Positions 13,961-28,891 of a stretch of DNA of 64,000 nt are shown one piece after another. The notes below the pieces were generated by a model. That model searched no databases, had not been told where the DNA came from, and saw only the letters and a program-made list of their open reading frames with translations. Position 1 is the stretch's first letter, and each line of letters opens with the position of its first letter. The translations under genes were made by a program, and so were the position numbers. Source of the stretch: Octopus vulgaris (taxonomy: Eukaryota); NCBI GenBank assembly GCA_951406725.2, contig OX597825.1:32612001-32676000 (forward strand). Direction: 5' to 3'.

Positions 13961-15660
13961 TGAGAGAATTACTATTTGCTGTTTGATGATGTGGAATAAC
14001 AGAATCTTTTCTGCGCCGAACAAAATATTTCGCGCTATTTCTACGGATTCATTACATTGTAGCTTTCAAATCTTATTGAGTTTAGTTTTGCCTTTTATCT
14101 CTTCGGAGGCGATAAAATAAAATAGCGTCCAAATACTGCATCAATTTAATCGATTAATCCCGTCTCCCTTTGGTAATCTTATGCTTAAATCACAAACAAT
14201 TATTTCATTTGTTGCTATTTTGTGTTTGTTATAATTTGTTGTTTGTTGTTTGTTATTTGTTATGTGTTTGTTGTAAATCCATTTTCACCCAGATCAATAA
14301 AACCTATTAATTAAATCACTGAAGCGTTGACTGCCATGCCTTCCCTCTCTTTTCATGTATACTGTACCCCGAATAAATTATCCAATGTATCTAACTTCCA
14401 ATATTGGTAGGGTATGGTTCAAGGAAGATATGACTGCTATTTCTAGCAGCTTGACCAAATCACAGAGATATCTGTTCTTTGTTTCCTTGTAGCTACCTAT
14501 TTTTCCTTTTCATTTCACGTAGCAGTTAGTTTATGAGAAAAGCCATAGCAATAACCACGCCTCCCTTATATAGGTCGTTATTTCTCGTAGCATCACTGCA
14601 GAAAAGTTAACGTTTTCTTTTTCAAAATATTAATTCTGTAATTGTTGCTTTCCTTATTTTTCCTTCTAACACATTTATTTAGCAATTCTCGGTAAATTTA
14701 TAGGATTTCTCTCTATTTAACTTCAGCCAATCAGTAACGTATTGTTACACAGCGCCATGTTAGATAAATACTTTGTCCCCCAAACAGTCAAGTGGAAAGG
14801 AAATTATTTGTTGTTAGCGGATTCAATTGATGGCGATTCTTACTCGATATATACATACATATATAAATAAAAAGAAACTACACATATAAGAAAACACATG
14901 GATATATATATGTGTGCGTGCTTGTGTGTATGTGTGTGTGCATACAGAAGTACACACACACACGCACACAAGATATATCTCCTTTTCCGAAGATATTAAC
15001 CCATCGCAAAATATCTTTAAACAATCGATATTTACCATAGAGTAGTGTGTTCCATTACAGAAAGAGAGGAGAGGAAGCCCCAGGTAAGCCAAGACACCGA
15101 CATGGTTTCACTCTATTGCTATCGCAGAAACACTACAACAGAGAATGGCAAAACTACCTCTAAAATACAAAACTAATTACATTGAAACCATTGCTTATTC
15201 TTCACAGAGTCGAAGACATTGTATTACTAAAGAGCAAATACTTTCATGGGCCCAGACTGAGACGTAGCATCAGTCTTCTGTTCAATCTCATCTTCCGCCA
15301 TATTCATCGTTAATACTCGTTTGAAAATGAATGAATGTCACGTATTCTCATTTCTCTCGTCGTATATCACGGACTGGAAACTTACTCAGTTCGCTCTATT
15401 AATTTTATTCTTTTATTTGTTTCAGGCATTAGACTACGGTCATGCTGGAGTATCGCCTTGAATGGGTTTCATTGATCATACAGACTCCCAATCTTTAAAA
15501 TTTTTTATAAGGTCTGCTTTTTATTTCCGTGATTTCTAAGACACTATTTTTTTACGCGGTGTCACACTTAAAGATATACAGACACAGGTAAGCCACCAGC
15601 CCGGCAAATTTACCATATGTGCGCGTGTGAGTGTGCGTGTGTGAGTGTGTGCGCTCGCAT

Positions 15661-15662
15661 AG

Positions 15663-15695
<33 letters not shown>

Positions 15696-15896
15696 TGTAT
15701 GTATGTATGTATGTGTCTATCTATCTATCTATCTATCTATCGATATATCTGTCTGTCTGTCTGTCAGTCTGTCTTTCTATCTACCTGTCTATCTATCTAT
15801 CATTTAACTATTTATCAATATATCTATTTATCTACCTGTCTCTCTTTCTATCTGTCTATCTATCTATCTATCTATCTATCTCTATCTATCTATCTA

Positions 15897-15941
<45 letters not shown>

Positions 15942-15962
15942 CTGTCTATCTATCTATCTATC
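15661..15962. repeat. (TATG)n/(TCTA)n/(CT)n/(TA)n microsatellites
   Basis: Visible runs. Confidence 0.95.
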
Positions 15963-15967
15963 TTGCT

Positions 15968-16834
15968 ACAGGGTACAAGAAAATGATTTGACATATTTGT
16001 GGGTTTAATAAAAGCGAAATAGAGTAAGGAACGAGAAATGTGATTTTATTTTCGAAATCTACATATAATGCCATTTTGTTTCATTTGGTTTTAGAAATTA
16101 AATCAGTCATATGGGTGCTGTTACTGTACACACACTGCCGAAAGCGTTCACGAAAGCTGTCCATAACTCAACGAGTCATTTCATGTAGAATGGCAGCAAT
16201 TTCTTGACGAATGGCATCTTTTAATTGTTCAATAGATGGAGGGTAATGGGTGTATACATCTGATTTCATGTATCCCCACATAAAACATCGCACGGGTTGA
16301 AACCAGGTGATAGGGCGGGCTAACCGACGTCACCGCGCATTGAGATAAAATGACTGGGGAACATCTCCCTCAAAATCCACTTCGCACGTCGAGAAGTGTG
16401 GGTTCTTGCTCCATCCTCTTAAAATCAAATATTGTACTTATCGTCAAGTTCATTCAATTTGGGTTTCAGAAAACTCTCTAGCATCACATAGTATCGATCA
16501 GAGTTCACAGTCACTATAACATTGTCTTCTTCCAAGAAGTACGGACCCTAAATGCTGAATTCTGCTGCCGTGTAGGTACGGGATCATGTCTACCTAGCTT
16601 TCAGTGCACACGGAACGGTCTTCGGTTTGCAGTTACGAATTCGTTGTTCTTGATAAACGTTTCCACAATGAAAACGTGATGCTAGCTCATCCAATACATG
16701 TTGGTTGGCAAGTGAAAGTGAAATGAAACAAAATGTCACAAATTGCACCTGTTGAAACAAAATGGCATTATATGTACATTTCGAAAATATAAAATACAAT
16801 ATTAGTTCTTTACTTCATTTTACTTTCATTAAAC
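15968..16834 (-). mobile_element. Internally deleted Tc1/mariner-superfamily element
   Basis: Inverted repeats about 16002-16083 vs 16753-16834; minus strand encodes WGYMKSDVYTHYPPSIEQLKDAIRQEIAAI, a typical transposase C-terminus. Confidence 0.8.
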
Positions 16835-17545
<711 letters not shown>

Positions 17546-19147
17546 TGAAGGTGTCCAGTGTTTACGTGTAATAACTATAGCTATCTTTGCGTTCATGTTC
17601 CACATTTAATAATGTTCTTCCACCCGTATCCATTCATCTTCAGTTTCCTGGAAGGGTCGGTGGGTTAGAGTCCTCAGACACCTGCTCCAAAGGATGCAGT
17701 TGGAAGCTAGCCACTAGGTCTCCTGCCATTTGGCTTTGATTGAAGATTCTGACTTGCAGTTCTTTCCTGCAACATTCTAATTGCATGCTTACAGTACTGG
17801 AGTTGTGACCATCTAATGCTGAGAAGTAACAGCTCAACCTGGAGAGACTCCCTGATTTCCAAGCTACAAAATCCTGTCCAGTGACATTATTCCAGAGATC
17901 CTTCAGAGGAATCCCATTTCTGCCGCTTGTATTCGTGATCATACACTTTCGGTCATTCTAACATTCATGACTGTAGCTTAGAATAAGCACATAAACTGTA
18001 TTGAAGGGATGGTCTTCTTCACCAACTTCTCTTCTGAGGATCAAATACTGGAGCTGGTACTTTAGTGATCTAATTGCTCTTGAACAATAACTGAGCCCCA
18101 AAGCGATCATCATATACTGGCAATTCCAATCATTCAGACACGTCGTTTTATATACTAGTTCATTGTTTTATCACCAAGGATTCTCAAAAATCCACTGTAT
18201 ATGGTAATTCTTTTACCAGCAATTTCACAGCAAGAATGGTTCAATGACAATCTTTAAGTATGGATATAGGAGAAAAATTGTTTTGTGTTTTTTCCTTAAG
18301 CTCTGAGGCAGTTTGAGATCCTGTGCATTAGAACGTGTTTAAAGAGAAGTTTTGCATATCGTAAACTCTCAGTATCAGAGTTTAGTGGAGTTCCATAAAG
18401 AATCTCTATTTGGTATTAGACTCGATACCATCTCTATCCAATAAGCAACAACCTTACAATTGACGGGATACCAATAGCTGGTGGTGGTGGTGGTGGTGGT
18501 TGTGGTGGTGGTGGTGGTGGTGGTTTTGGTGATGATGGTGGTGGTGGTGATGGTGGTAATGGTGGTGGTGGTGGTGGTGGTGGTGATGGTGATGGTGATG
18601 GTGGTGGTGGTACTGTAGCGGGGGAGTTGAACACAGAGCACAACAGGAGGAAAAGAAACCGGAAGTCATATCCTCCAGCGTTCTAATGATTCTACCAACC
18701 CAATACCAGAACTGGTATTTGTCATCCCCCCTCACCCGTCCAATAGGATGAAAGTCAGAGCTGGCTTTGCTGTGAGTTGAACTCAGAATTTAGAGAGGTT
18801 GAACGAATAAGACAAAGGATTCCATCTGAAGATCAAGCGATTCAGCAAATTCGCCGTTTTAGAATTTAAGTAAGATATCTAAATCTTTCCCCTGGATCGA
18901 ATGCCAGTCTTTTAAAAGGAAGCGTTCTCACATGATCTAGTCAACAACACCCGACAGATAAATGGACTAATGTCCATTCAATGTAAGTGAAGTATACAAA
19001 CGATATGTATACAGTAGGATTGAACAGAGAAACGACACACACACACCGACACACACACATACACACACACATATATATATACATATATATCTGTTACTCT
19101 TTTTCTCTATATCTTTCTCTTTCTGTCTCTCAGTCTATTTGTGTGTG

Positions 19148-19204
<57 letters not shown>

Positions 19205-19205
19205 T

Positions 19206-19236
<31 letters not shown>

Positions 19237-19247
19237 GAAACAGACAC

Positions 19248-19298
<51 letters not shown>

Positions 19299-19439
19299 TA
19301 TGTTCATTTCCCTATCTCCTTTTATTCCTTTAGAACCTTGGAAAAAATGTATTTTACTCGAAATATCAAGGCTAATTAACTATTACTTAGTTACAATTTC
19401 AATGTTTTGTTGTTGATATTATTAATGTACAAACGTCCG

Positions 19440-20083
19440 TCTGTATTGCTACACACATCTATAAGATAGTCTTAAAGGCTGTGTTGGCAAAGTGGCAGTA
19501 TGTTTCTGAATTTGTAGAAAAATATCACCCTGAAAAAGTAGCTACAAGTCGTGCAGCTGCTTTATTTAATGACTCTGCTCTGGCACATTTTCATAACATT
19601 TTGAAAGGAAGGAAAAAGCAGACTTCTCTTGATAAGTTTCTAATGAAACGACTTGTAAGTGTGAAAAGTGAAGGAAGTGTGTCCAAAAAGCCTAAATTAA
19701 GCGAAGTGAGAGAGAAAACGCCAGAAATTGTTCTTCCTGGAGTCTTAATGGAAAGAGATTCTCTTTCCAAACAGTAATCCTCCTCCCTGCTCTATCATCT
19801 TCCTCGCGCACAAATCGTCCCATCTTTAAGTCAATTCAGTTAATAAAACCAGTTTACATATTTCTTTTGCATTCTCTTTTTTTGTAATTGCCATTTTACT
19901 TCTAACTACGCCGTTTCTGTTTTAAAGCCCATAAAAAATTTATTTTGGAGTGGTTTTGGTGGGCTGGAACGGATTAATTATATTTTAGTTAATTAACCCG
20001 TTCCAAGAAAATTGATTTGTAAAGCGAAGAACTGGTAAAACGAGCTCGGTCATGGGAGGAATTAAACTTGTACTGCGAAGTAT

Positions 20084-20088
<5 letters not shown>
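19440..20088 (+). mobile_element. 3' fragment of a pogo/Tigger-like DNA transposon
   Basis: ORF 19481-19777 FVEKYHPEK...LAHFHNILKGRKKQTSLDKF resembles Tigger-type C-termini; ends in a TIR-like ...cgaagtatttctg|TA. Confidence 0.65.
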
Positions 20089-20133
<45 letters not shown>

Positions 20134-20134
20134 G

Positions 20135-20168
<34 letters not shown>

Positions 20169-20299
20169 CACATACATACATACATACATACATACATACA
20201 TACATACATACATACAAAGAGCCAATTTTGTGCTGTTATTTATATGTCGTTGATGCCAAACCCGTGACTCCAAACCACCAAATGCTTGGGCTGCTTTTG

Positions 20300-21740
20300 T
20301 ATTCGCAGATGTATTTCTGTATCCAGATTTCTATCATTTTGTACAGAGCTCCCAAGAGAGATGAAAAATTTAACAACCTCGAATAACTTACCTTTAACGA
20401 AAATTTTTGTGAGGTTGTAAACAGCAAAGGTTGATACATTACAGCTATTTTTTGGGGTATTTTTTTTTCAAGTTGATGGTCGAGCCAAAATCATCACAAG
20501 CTGAGTCAAATGCAGATACAAGAGAGTACAGGCCTGTTTCAGACTGACTGACTAGATCGCAGTTGTCAGCGTATAAGAGTTCCCTAATGAGTGAAGTAAA
20601 AATCTTCGTTTTGAATTTCAGTCTGGTCAGATTGAAAACATTCCCGGTTGTTTGATATTTTATGTAAATACCTTCCTTGCAGTTTTGAAAAGCGTGTGAC
20701 AGCACAGCAGCAAATTATATTGCATAGAAGGTGGGTTTTCTTGCTTTACCCCATTTTCCACGACAAAAGATTCAGAAAGCCTAGCGCTAAAATTGACTCT
20801 AGCTTTCATATCTTGATTCAAACCCCCGATCATGTTTACAAATTTTTCTGGGTAATCTATTTTCTTTACAATTAGCCACAGAGCATTTCGATTAACAATA
20901 TCAAATACTTTGCTTAAATCAGCAAAGCACTGGTATAAGGCAAGATTCTGTTCAATGCACTTTTCCTGCAATTGTCTGATAGTAAAGAGAGTCAGCTGTG
21001 CCTCTGGAGGAGCGAAAACCACATTGAGAGTCAGACACTATATTTGAAATTATGGAGGTATTTAAACGTACTTGCGGGCAAGTACCTTTCCAACTGCAGA
21101 CAAAAGCGAAATCCCACGAAAATTTGGCCCCGATTTATACAAGCAAACTAAAATGGCATCAATCCAGTTTTGAGGCAGTTTCTCGGTTCTCTGACAGTGA
21201 CAAATTAATATATTTAAGATTTTAAACATTTTGTCACCCCATATCTCAAGGCCCCTGCACAGATTCCATCAGACTCTGGAGACTTTTTGTTATTCAGTTT
21301 ATTCACTGCTAAATAAATATCATTTAGAGTTGGTTCAAATGCCATCTCCTCTATAACTCTAAGTTCTTCGATATTTTTCTATCATGCTCATATCAACAGA
21401 TGATGGGTTATTCTGGTTTATTCAAAAGTGTAGAAAAATGTTCTACCCAGCGCTTATGAACAAAAGCGGTGTCAATCAAAAGCAAATATCTATTTGCTGT
21501 TCTCAGTGGAGCTATTGATGATTTAGGGCCATATACCTCCTTAAGATAAGAATACAAACCCGTGGCATCATTTCTATCATCTGCTTCTTGCGCCCCTTTT
21601 TTCCTGTCATTCTACCATTCTTATTTAATTTTCCTTAGAGCAGTGTGCACTTTCCCTTTCGGCTTTCTGTAAATTTAGTTTGAGTTGGACCTCAAGGACT
21701 GAGAAAGAAGTGTATTGCCTAAGTTTTTATTTTCTCAAAG
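20300..21740 (-). mobile_element. Decayed RTE-clade LINE, reverse transcriptase region
   Basis: FTIRQLQEKCIEQN..FADLSKVFDIVNR, ENGVKQ and IRELLYAD motifs across frameshifted ORFs. Confidence 0.88.
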
Positions 21741-21945
21741 TAGATCATGAAAACAAAAAAATATGTATGTACACACACACACAAATATGTGTGTGTGTGT
21801 GTGTGTGCTCCAGCATGGCAACAATCCTTGGACTGAAAGTATAAAAAATATATTAGCAAAGCCTACGATATCTATATACAATGTAACATGCCTACTTGCG
21901 ATCTGCGTTCTCTTTCTCTTTCCTTTAAATATATATATATAATCG

Positions 21946-21995
<50 letters not shown>

Positions 21996-22601
21996 ATCGT
22001 ATATGTATATATATATAATCGTATATGTATATATATATAATCGTATATATATATATATATAACCGTGCGCATCTGTGTGTACTTAGGCAGTTTGTATATG
22101 AGTGCTATCGTGCATGTGTGTTTCTTATAAAGCACATTAATCATCATTTTTATTTGCAACAGAGCAGCAGGCTTTCTTTCTTTGCTCTACAGTAAACAGG
22201 ATTGAAATTATTTTCTCAAACCAGTAGATTAGAGAGTCTTATCGCTAAAATCCCCCTCCATCTAGCATTTAAGGAAACAAATCTAAATTACTCAAGGAAG
22301 CCAAAATGTCAGAAATAATATGATTAATTATAGTTTTATCCAGGAAAAAATATACCTATAAATATAAGACATTGCTCGGTTTCTCACGACCTATATTTTT
22401 GATGTTTGTTACTAGCGAATACTAAAGGGGAAAAAATGACGACTGAAACCAATTTAGTTTAATAAAACTACAGGCTCTACTTTACAGTTATTAAGATAAT
22501 GATAATAACGATGATGATGATGATGTTGATGATGATGATGAGGAGGAGGAGGAGGAGGAGGATAACAACAATAATGATAATGATAATGATGATAATAATA
22601 T

Positions 22602-22638
<37 letters not shown>

Positions 22639-22717
22639 AATAAAATAAGAATAATAGCAATAATAATAATTATTATTATTATTATTATTATTGTTGTTGT
22701 TGTTGATGTTGTTGTTG

Positions 22718-22748
<31 letters not shown>

Positions 22749-22795
22749 CATCATCATCATTATTATTATTATTATTGTTGTTGTTGTTGTTGTTA

Positions 22796-22844
<49 letters not shown>

Positions 22845-22860
22845 CATTATTATTATTATC

Positions 22861-24853
22861 AGAATGCAAGGCCTCATACGGCTGTAAAGATCAGCAACTG
22901 ATCAATAAAGTCATAAATGAAGACAGCCGCAGAAAGAAGAAGGGTCTAAGTATGGCCTGGATCGATTACTGAATGGCTTTTGATAGTATTTCCCACACAT
23001 GACTCCTAGAAACACTAACCACGAACAAGGTAGCACCAATAATCATAAAATAAGTAAAACATTCCATAAATAAATGGCAGACAGTGCAGCAGCTCAAGAC
23101 AAAAGAGGGACTCATAAAAACCAAAGCCATCCACATTAGAAGAGGAATATTCCAGGGAGAAACACTTTCTCCATTCTTTTTCTGCTTGGTACTGACAGCT
23201 TTATCTGACATGCTACGCAGAACTGGATGTGGATACAACTGTTACAGCAAAACAATCAACCACCTCTTACATATGGATGATCTACGACTGTAGACTACAA
23301 ATGATAAACAGCTGGAAACATTACTACAGATAGTACATGGATTTACCAAAGAAATAAGCATGAAATTTGGCTTAGAAAAATGTGCCAAACCAACCTTGAA
23401 AAGAGGAAAACTAGTTAAGAGTAGCAACATCACACTAGATAAAGCAAAACAAATAAGAGAATTAGACCAAAGTTAGACATACAAATACTTAGGAATCAAT
23501 GAACTAGATACGATACAACACACACAAGTAAAAGAGAAGATAAGAAACGAATACTATAGATGAGTTAAATTGATACTGAAAACAGAGCTCAATGCGAAAA
23601 ATGAGATAAGTATCAACACTCTAACCGTCCCAGTTATAAGTTACAGCTACAATGTTCTTAACTGGACTCTAAATGAATTAATCGAAATAGAGAGGAAATC
23701 AAGAAAAATAATGACAAGATTTAGGTTGCACCACCCAAAACCTGACATAGAAAGGTTATATATACAACGTATGGAAGGTGGTAGAGGCAAGAAAACTATT
23801 TCAAAATAACCATCATAGGACTACAGAAATATCTGCTTCAGAAGGAAGGAAAATTGAAACAAATATCCACAAAAAGCACGAACAAAACAAAAAACTGTTT
23901 TAAGGAAGCTGACAAATATAAAAAAAGTCATAGTATCTAACAAGTATTATGAAAAAGAAACAACAAAAGCTGTAAAACAACTGAAATCCAGGCTAAAACT
24001 GGAACAGCAGCGGATTATGATAAAACGATGGCAAGAAAACGCTCTTCATGGCAAATCCTGGGTTAAACTAAACTAAAGAAACTAAACAAAACAAATAGAC
24101 AAAGAAAAATCCCAACGATGGCTGAGAAGCTCAGGACTCAAAGCAGAGACTGAAGAATTTTTAATTGCAGCACAAGATCAAAGCCTCCCCACCAGAAATT
24201 ACCAAAAACATGTAATGAAAAGAAATACAAGTAACTGCAGAATGTGTAGAGATGAACAAGAAACAATAAATCATATTGTCTCTGGCTACCCAGTCCTGGC
24301 TAAGAAGGAGTATAATCGCAGACACGACAGAGTTAGGATCTATATACACTGGCAGCTGTGTCAACACTATGGATTAACCACAGAAAAAAAGATGGTAAAA
24401 GCACACCCCAGAAAAGGTCACAGAAAATGACAAAGCAACCATACTCTGGGATATGCCAATACACACAGAGAAATTAAGGCCAATAGGCCGGAGATTGTTG
24501 TCAGAGATCATCAAGGGAAAAATGTTTTCTAACTCATGTATGAATACCAATAGATGATAATATTTCTCTAAAAGAAACATAGAAACTTTCAAAATACAAA
24601 GATCTGGAAATAGAGGTAACTCGAATATGGAGTCTAAAAGCAGAAACAATTCCTATCATAGTAGGCGCATTAGCTTTGATAAAAAATATTCAGACAAACA
24701 AACAAAAAAATAGCAGTGCTAGGCACCGCATACATCCTACGTAAAACACTTTCAATACAGTGAAAATAAGAACACCACAACAAATCACAGTAAATACACG
24801 AGGCACGCACAGAGCTGCGCTCAGTAGTGCAGTAAAAGCACGTGATAAAAATT

Positions 24854-24858
<5 letters not shown>
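22861..24858 (+). mobile_element. 5'-truncated R4/Dong-like non-LTR retrotransposon (RT, zinc knuckle, restriction-like endonuclease), pseudogenised
   Basis: MAWIDY, RGIFQGETLSP, NHLLHMDDLRL, CRMC..ETINHIVSG..RRHD and ILWD..RPEIVV motifs; embedded between (ATT)n and (AAT)n. Confidence 0.9.
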
Positions 24859-24901
<43 letters not shown>

Positions 24902-24938
24902 AATGATAATGATAATGATAATAATGATAATAATAATG

Positions 24939-25004
<66 letters not shown>

Positions 25005-25233
25005 CTTTCTGCTCAAAGCCTAAAGGGCGAGGAGGAAGCTTGTCGATTACATTGACTCTAGTGCCCAACTGCTACTTATTTTATCGACTACATCGTGGTC
25101 GATGAAATAACTAATAGGTGAGCACTGCAGTCTAAGTAATAGACTGGCTCCTTCGACCGAAATTTCAGGTTTTTTAGAAAGTATATTTTTAATTAGTAAT
25201 AAATACGACGACAACAACAACAACAGCACTAGC

Positions 25234-25280
<47 letters not shown>

Positions 25281-25481
25281 AGTTTAAATGTCTGTGTTGT
25301 ATCACATGAAGGTATTTCACTATTACCCGTGCCACCCCCTCCCTAAGCTTTCAGTCATACTGTAACATCTGTTATCCTTCACTCGCCCTAGGACGCTGGG
25401 TGTGTCTCGGAATGTGATTGTAAGAAACATGCAGAATAAATGTAAATAATAATAATAATAATAATAAAATAATAATAATAA

Positions 25482-25530
<49 letters not shown>

Positions 25531-26339
25531 TGCTGTGATTCCCTCTGCGTTAGCCCGCCAGTTCATTACAAGTTATCCTGAGATTAAAATGATTTTATAG
25601 TATTTTATTTGGAAAAGCATAATGAAAGAAAAACAGTAAATTTATTCAATTTATTCATTGCGTTCACAAATAAAAAATAAGGAAATTCGAAGGGTTTTTT
25701 TTTATTCTTGGTCAAAGTTCATTTCTTTCAAGTATGTTCCCCTATCTACCAAAAAAAAAAAAGAAGCCATTAATACTTCACTCCCAAATACAATAAGCAC
25801 AGTGTGATGAAAAGAAAAGATATAAAAGTAGACAGATTGGAATAAGAATGCGATAGGTAATAAAAAAATATCGATAGATTTACTGAAACCATCAGTCAGT
25901 AAAACATTCAATTCTGCTGTAAGCCTATTGCGAACTATTGATTGTGGTTTCTGCTACCATTTGTAACTACCTATTTTTGCGGTGAATAAATCTTATTACA
26001 AAATCTTTTTTTAAGACAGTCAGTTCTGCTGTTCGTAGGGTAAATATTTTCCATTTAAATATTTATTGATATAAAACTGTTGTGAAATTTTAAAAAGTCA
26101 TGAAAATCCGTATCGGAATAGTAAAAACTCAGTGAAATTTATCATTTACCACTTTGGTTATGCAAGTGGATGATTTGACTAATATACTTCACTGGAATAT
26201 TACGATAATATTGTGGACAAAATTATCATTAAAACATTTATCCTTAAAAATATTGTATAATGTATCTACTGAGGTTACAGAATATAAATTAGGATGATAT
26301 AAAATAAACATTTTAAGTTAAACATCATTAAAGGATTAT

Positions 26340-26610
26340 CTGTTTTATCTTTTATTCTTTATTTGTTTCAGTCGACTGCGGCCATGTCGGGGCAATACGT
26401 TGAAGAAGTTTAGTCGGGCGAATCGACTACAATAATTATTTGTTAAGCCTGGTACTTATTCTATCGCTAAGTTACAAAAACGTAAATACACCAATACCGG
26501 TAGTTAAACGGTGGTGAGGGACAAGCACAGAGACAAAGACACACACACATACCTATATGTACACACACACGCACACACGCGCACACGCACACACTCATAC
26601 ACACACACAA
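26340..26610 (-). mobile_element. 3' half of family-B SINE ending in (CA)n
   Basis: gactgcggccatg...tttagtcg...ggtacttattctatcg shared with the other family-B copies. Confidence 0.7.
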
Positions 26611-27613
26611 TATGACATTATATAAAATTATTTATTTATAAATGTATAATCATTTAGTATAGCGAAGATAGCTTACTTAAGATTCATAATAAATATTTAA
26701 CTATGAATATGACACATCCTACACTCAATACAAATATCTTCAATGGAACTTAATACGAAATATTAAGAATTAATCAACTAAAGATGTTTTCTCATATGTT
26801 CACATTATTACACAATTAAAAAATTTTAGATAACAAAGCTTAAGTCTCAATACAAGAAACTTTCAGGAGATATAGCCTTATTTTTCCTCAAGCAATACAT
26901 TTCAGTTAGAATTAAGAACTTGTACATCGTTCATAAACACATATTTAGAATAGTGTGTATAAGATAGAACACGCCCACGTCTTTCATTACGTATTTTTTC
27001 TTAGATGTTAAGATCTGATATAATTCGTGTACAAATAAGTTACATCTAGCATCTTTGTATACGCTCTGACATGAATAAGTATTTTCTAATCAATATTGTA
27101 CAATTTATTACTATCGTTTAACTTCCAAAATTCATTTACTCAAACTAGGACTGTTAAACCTATCCCTATTCCTAAAAGTATACTCATGGTTTGTAATTTG
27201 CTTTTTAATAAAATTTGCCGTTGACCCTATGTAAAAATAATTTTTCCTTTCCGATTTAACCTTATATCTATATACAATGTTATTTTGCAAACAAAAATTA
27301 TTAAAATAACACTTATCCTTATATCTACAATCACAAGTTCTAGCTAGATCATTTTCGGTAATAGGATTATTATTTCTATTATTGTAAAAACTGTCTAATC
27401 TTTTATTATTGAGTGAAAAGATAATTCTAAACAAATTTCTAGATACTGGAAAACCTATTCTCATTTTTTTGCTATTAATTATTTTATCGCATTTATGTTC
27501 TTCATTAAATTGCTTAGATATATACGTACTTGGAAATAAGTGTTTTTGATCACAATATGGCATTATATAAAATTATTCATTTCTTCTTCTACTTCTTCTT
27601 CTTCTTCTTCTTC

Positions 27614-27677
<64 letters not shown>

Positions 27678-27780
27678 CATTATTATCATTATTATCATTA
27701 TTATTATTATTATTATTATTATTGTTATTATTATTATTAATTTATAAATTAAATCAATTTATATATGTATAATCATTTAG
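26607..27780 (-). mobile_element. Penelope-like element 3' fragment with GIY-YIG endonuclease and partial direct terminal repeat
   Basis: ORF 27132-27563: CDCRYKDKC..CLQNNIVY..YIGST..NH..F..SLSK; caatatg(a/g)cattatataaaattatt repeated at about 26608 and 27553, tgtataatcatttag at 26643 and 27766. Confidence 0.85.
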
Positions 27781-28630
27781 AGTTTTTATAGAGAAAATAG
27801 GGCGTGCGTTAGGGCGAGTGGTAAAGTAAGTCAGTGGTTTCATGTAAAGGTGGCATTAAGACAGGGTTGTGTGATGTCTCCGTGGCTGTTTAATTTATAT
27901 ATGGATGGTGTGGCGAGAGAGGTGAATGCTAGAAATCTTGGTACGGGAACCCAAATGGGTAGGAGAAAATGGGGAGAAATGGCAGGTGAGTCAGTTGTTG
28001 TTTGCTGATGATACAGCACTGGTGGTTGACTCGGAAGAGCAACTGATGAGATTGGTGGCAGAGTTTGGAAGAGTGTGTGAGATTAGGAAACTCAAAGTGA
28101 ATGTAGCTAAGAGTAAGGTGGTGAGATGTTCGAGAGATGGAATGGCTAGTAGGCTGGATGTGAGTATAAATGGTGAAAGAGGGCTTGAGTGTTTTTAAGT
28201 AGCTGCGATCACATGTGACGGTAGATGGGTGGATGGCTGAGGAATTGGGGTATAGAGTGAGGGAGGGAAGTAAGGCACTTGGACTTTTGAAAGATATACT
28301 GAGAGATAAAACATTGAGTATGAAAGCGAAAAAGTGTGTATGAGGGCTTGATTGTGCCGACAATGTTATATAGTGCATAGACGTAGGAGCTGAGAGAGAC
28401 GCAAAGGAGGCGACTAGGTGTATTTGAGATGAAATGATTGAAGGCTATGGTTGATGTAACATGAATGGACAGGATGAGAAATGAGGAGAGAGAAAAACTA
28501 ACAACAAAACTGGATAGACGAATATTGATGCGGTTTGGCCACATGGATAGGATGGATGAGGAGTGGATGGTAATGAGGATGATGAAGACAGAAATGTTAG
28601 GCAGCATAACGAGAGGCAGACCGGACAAAT
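27781..28630 (+). mobile_element. RTE-like LINE fragment (RT C-terminal half), decayed
   Basis: LRQGCVMSPWLFNLYMDG, QLLFADDTALV and LKVNVAKSKVV motifs; stops downstream. Confidence 0.88.
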
Positions 28631-28826
28631 CGGGTTTGTTTTGATTCTTTTAAAGTTCAGTACTTATTCTGGCGATGACTTTTTGCTAACCCTCTGAGTA
28701 AGGGGAACGTTAACAAACCAATACATAGTAAAAGAAGATATATATATATAAACGAATGAGTGGACAAACGAAAGAAGAGCACTCAACACATTTATTGGGA
28801 GTAATATGTATAAACCAAATTCAAAA

Positions 28827-28866
28827 TGGCTGAAGACTAGCATCACGCATGAAACTCGGAGTACCA
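28827..28866 (+). ncRNA. Minimal hammerhead ribozyme-like motif
   Basis: tgg-CTGAAGA-ctagcatcacgcat-GAAA-ctcggagTA-cca: stem I tgg/cca, near-palindromic stem III ACTC-G-GAGT, weak stem II. Confidence 0.55.
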
Positions 28867-28891
28867 ACGAATTTGAATCAAACTGTTTTGA

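Noticed and set aside
22861-24858. Active LINE
   Set aside because: 5'-truncated with multiple stops and frameshifts; the same holds for all other TE ORFs in the window.
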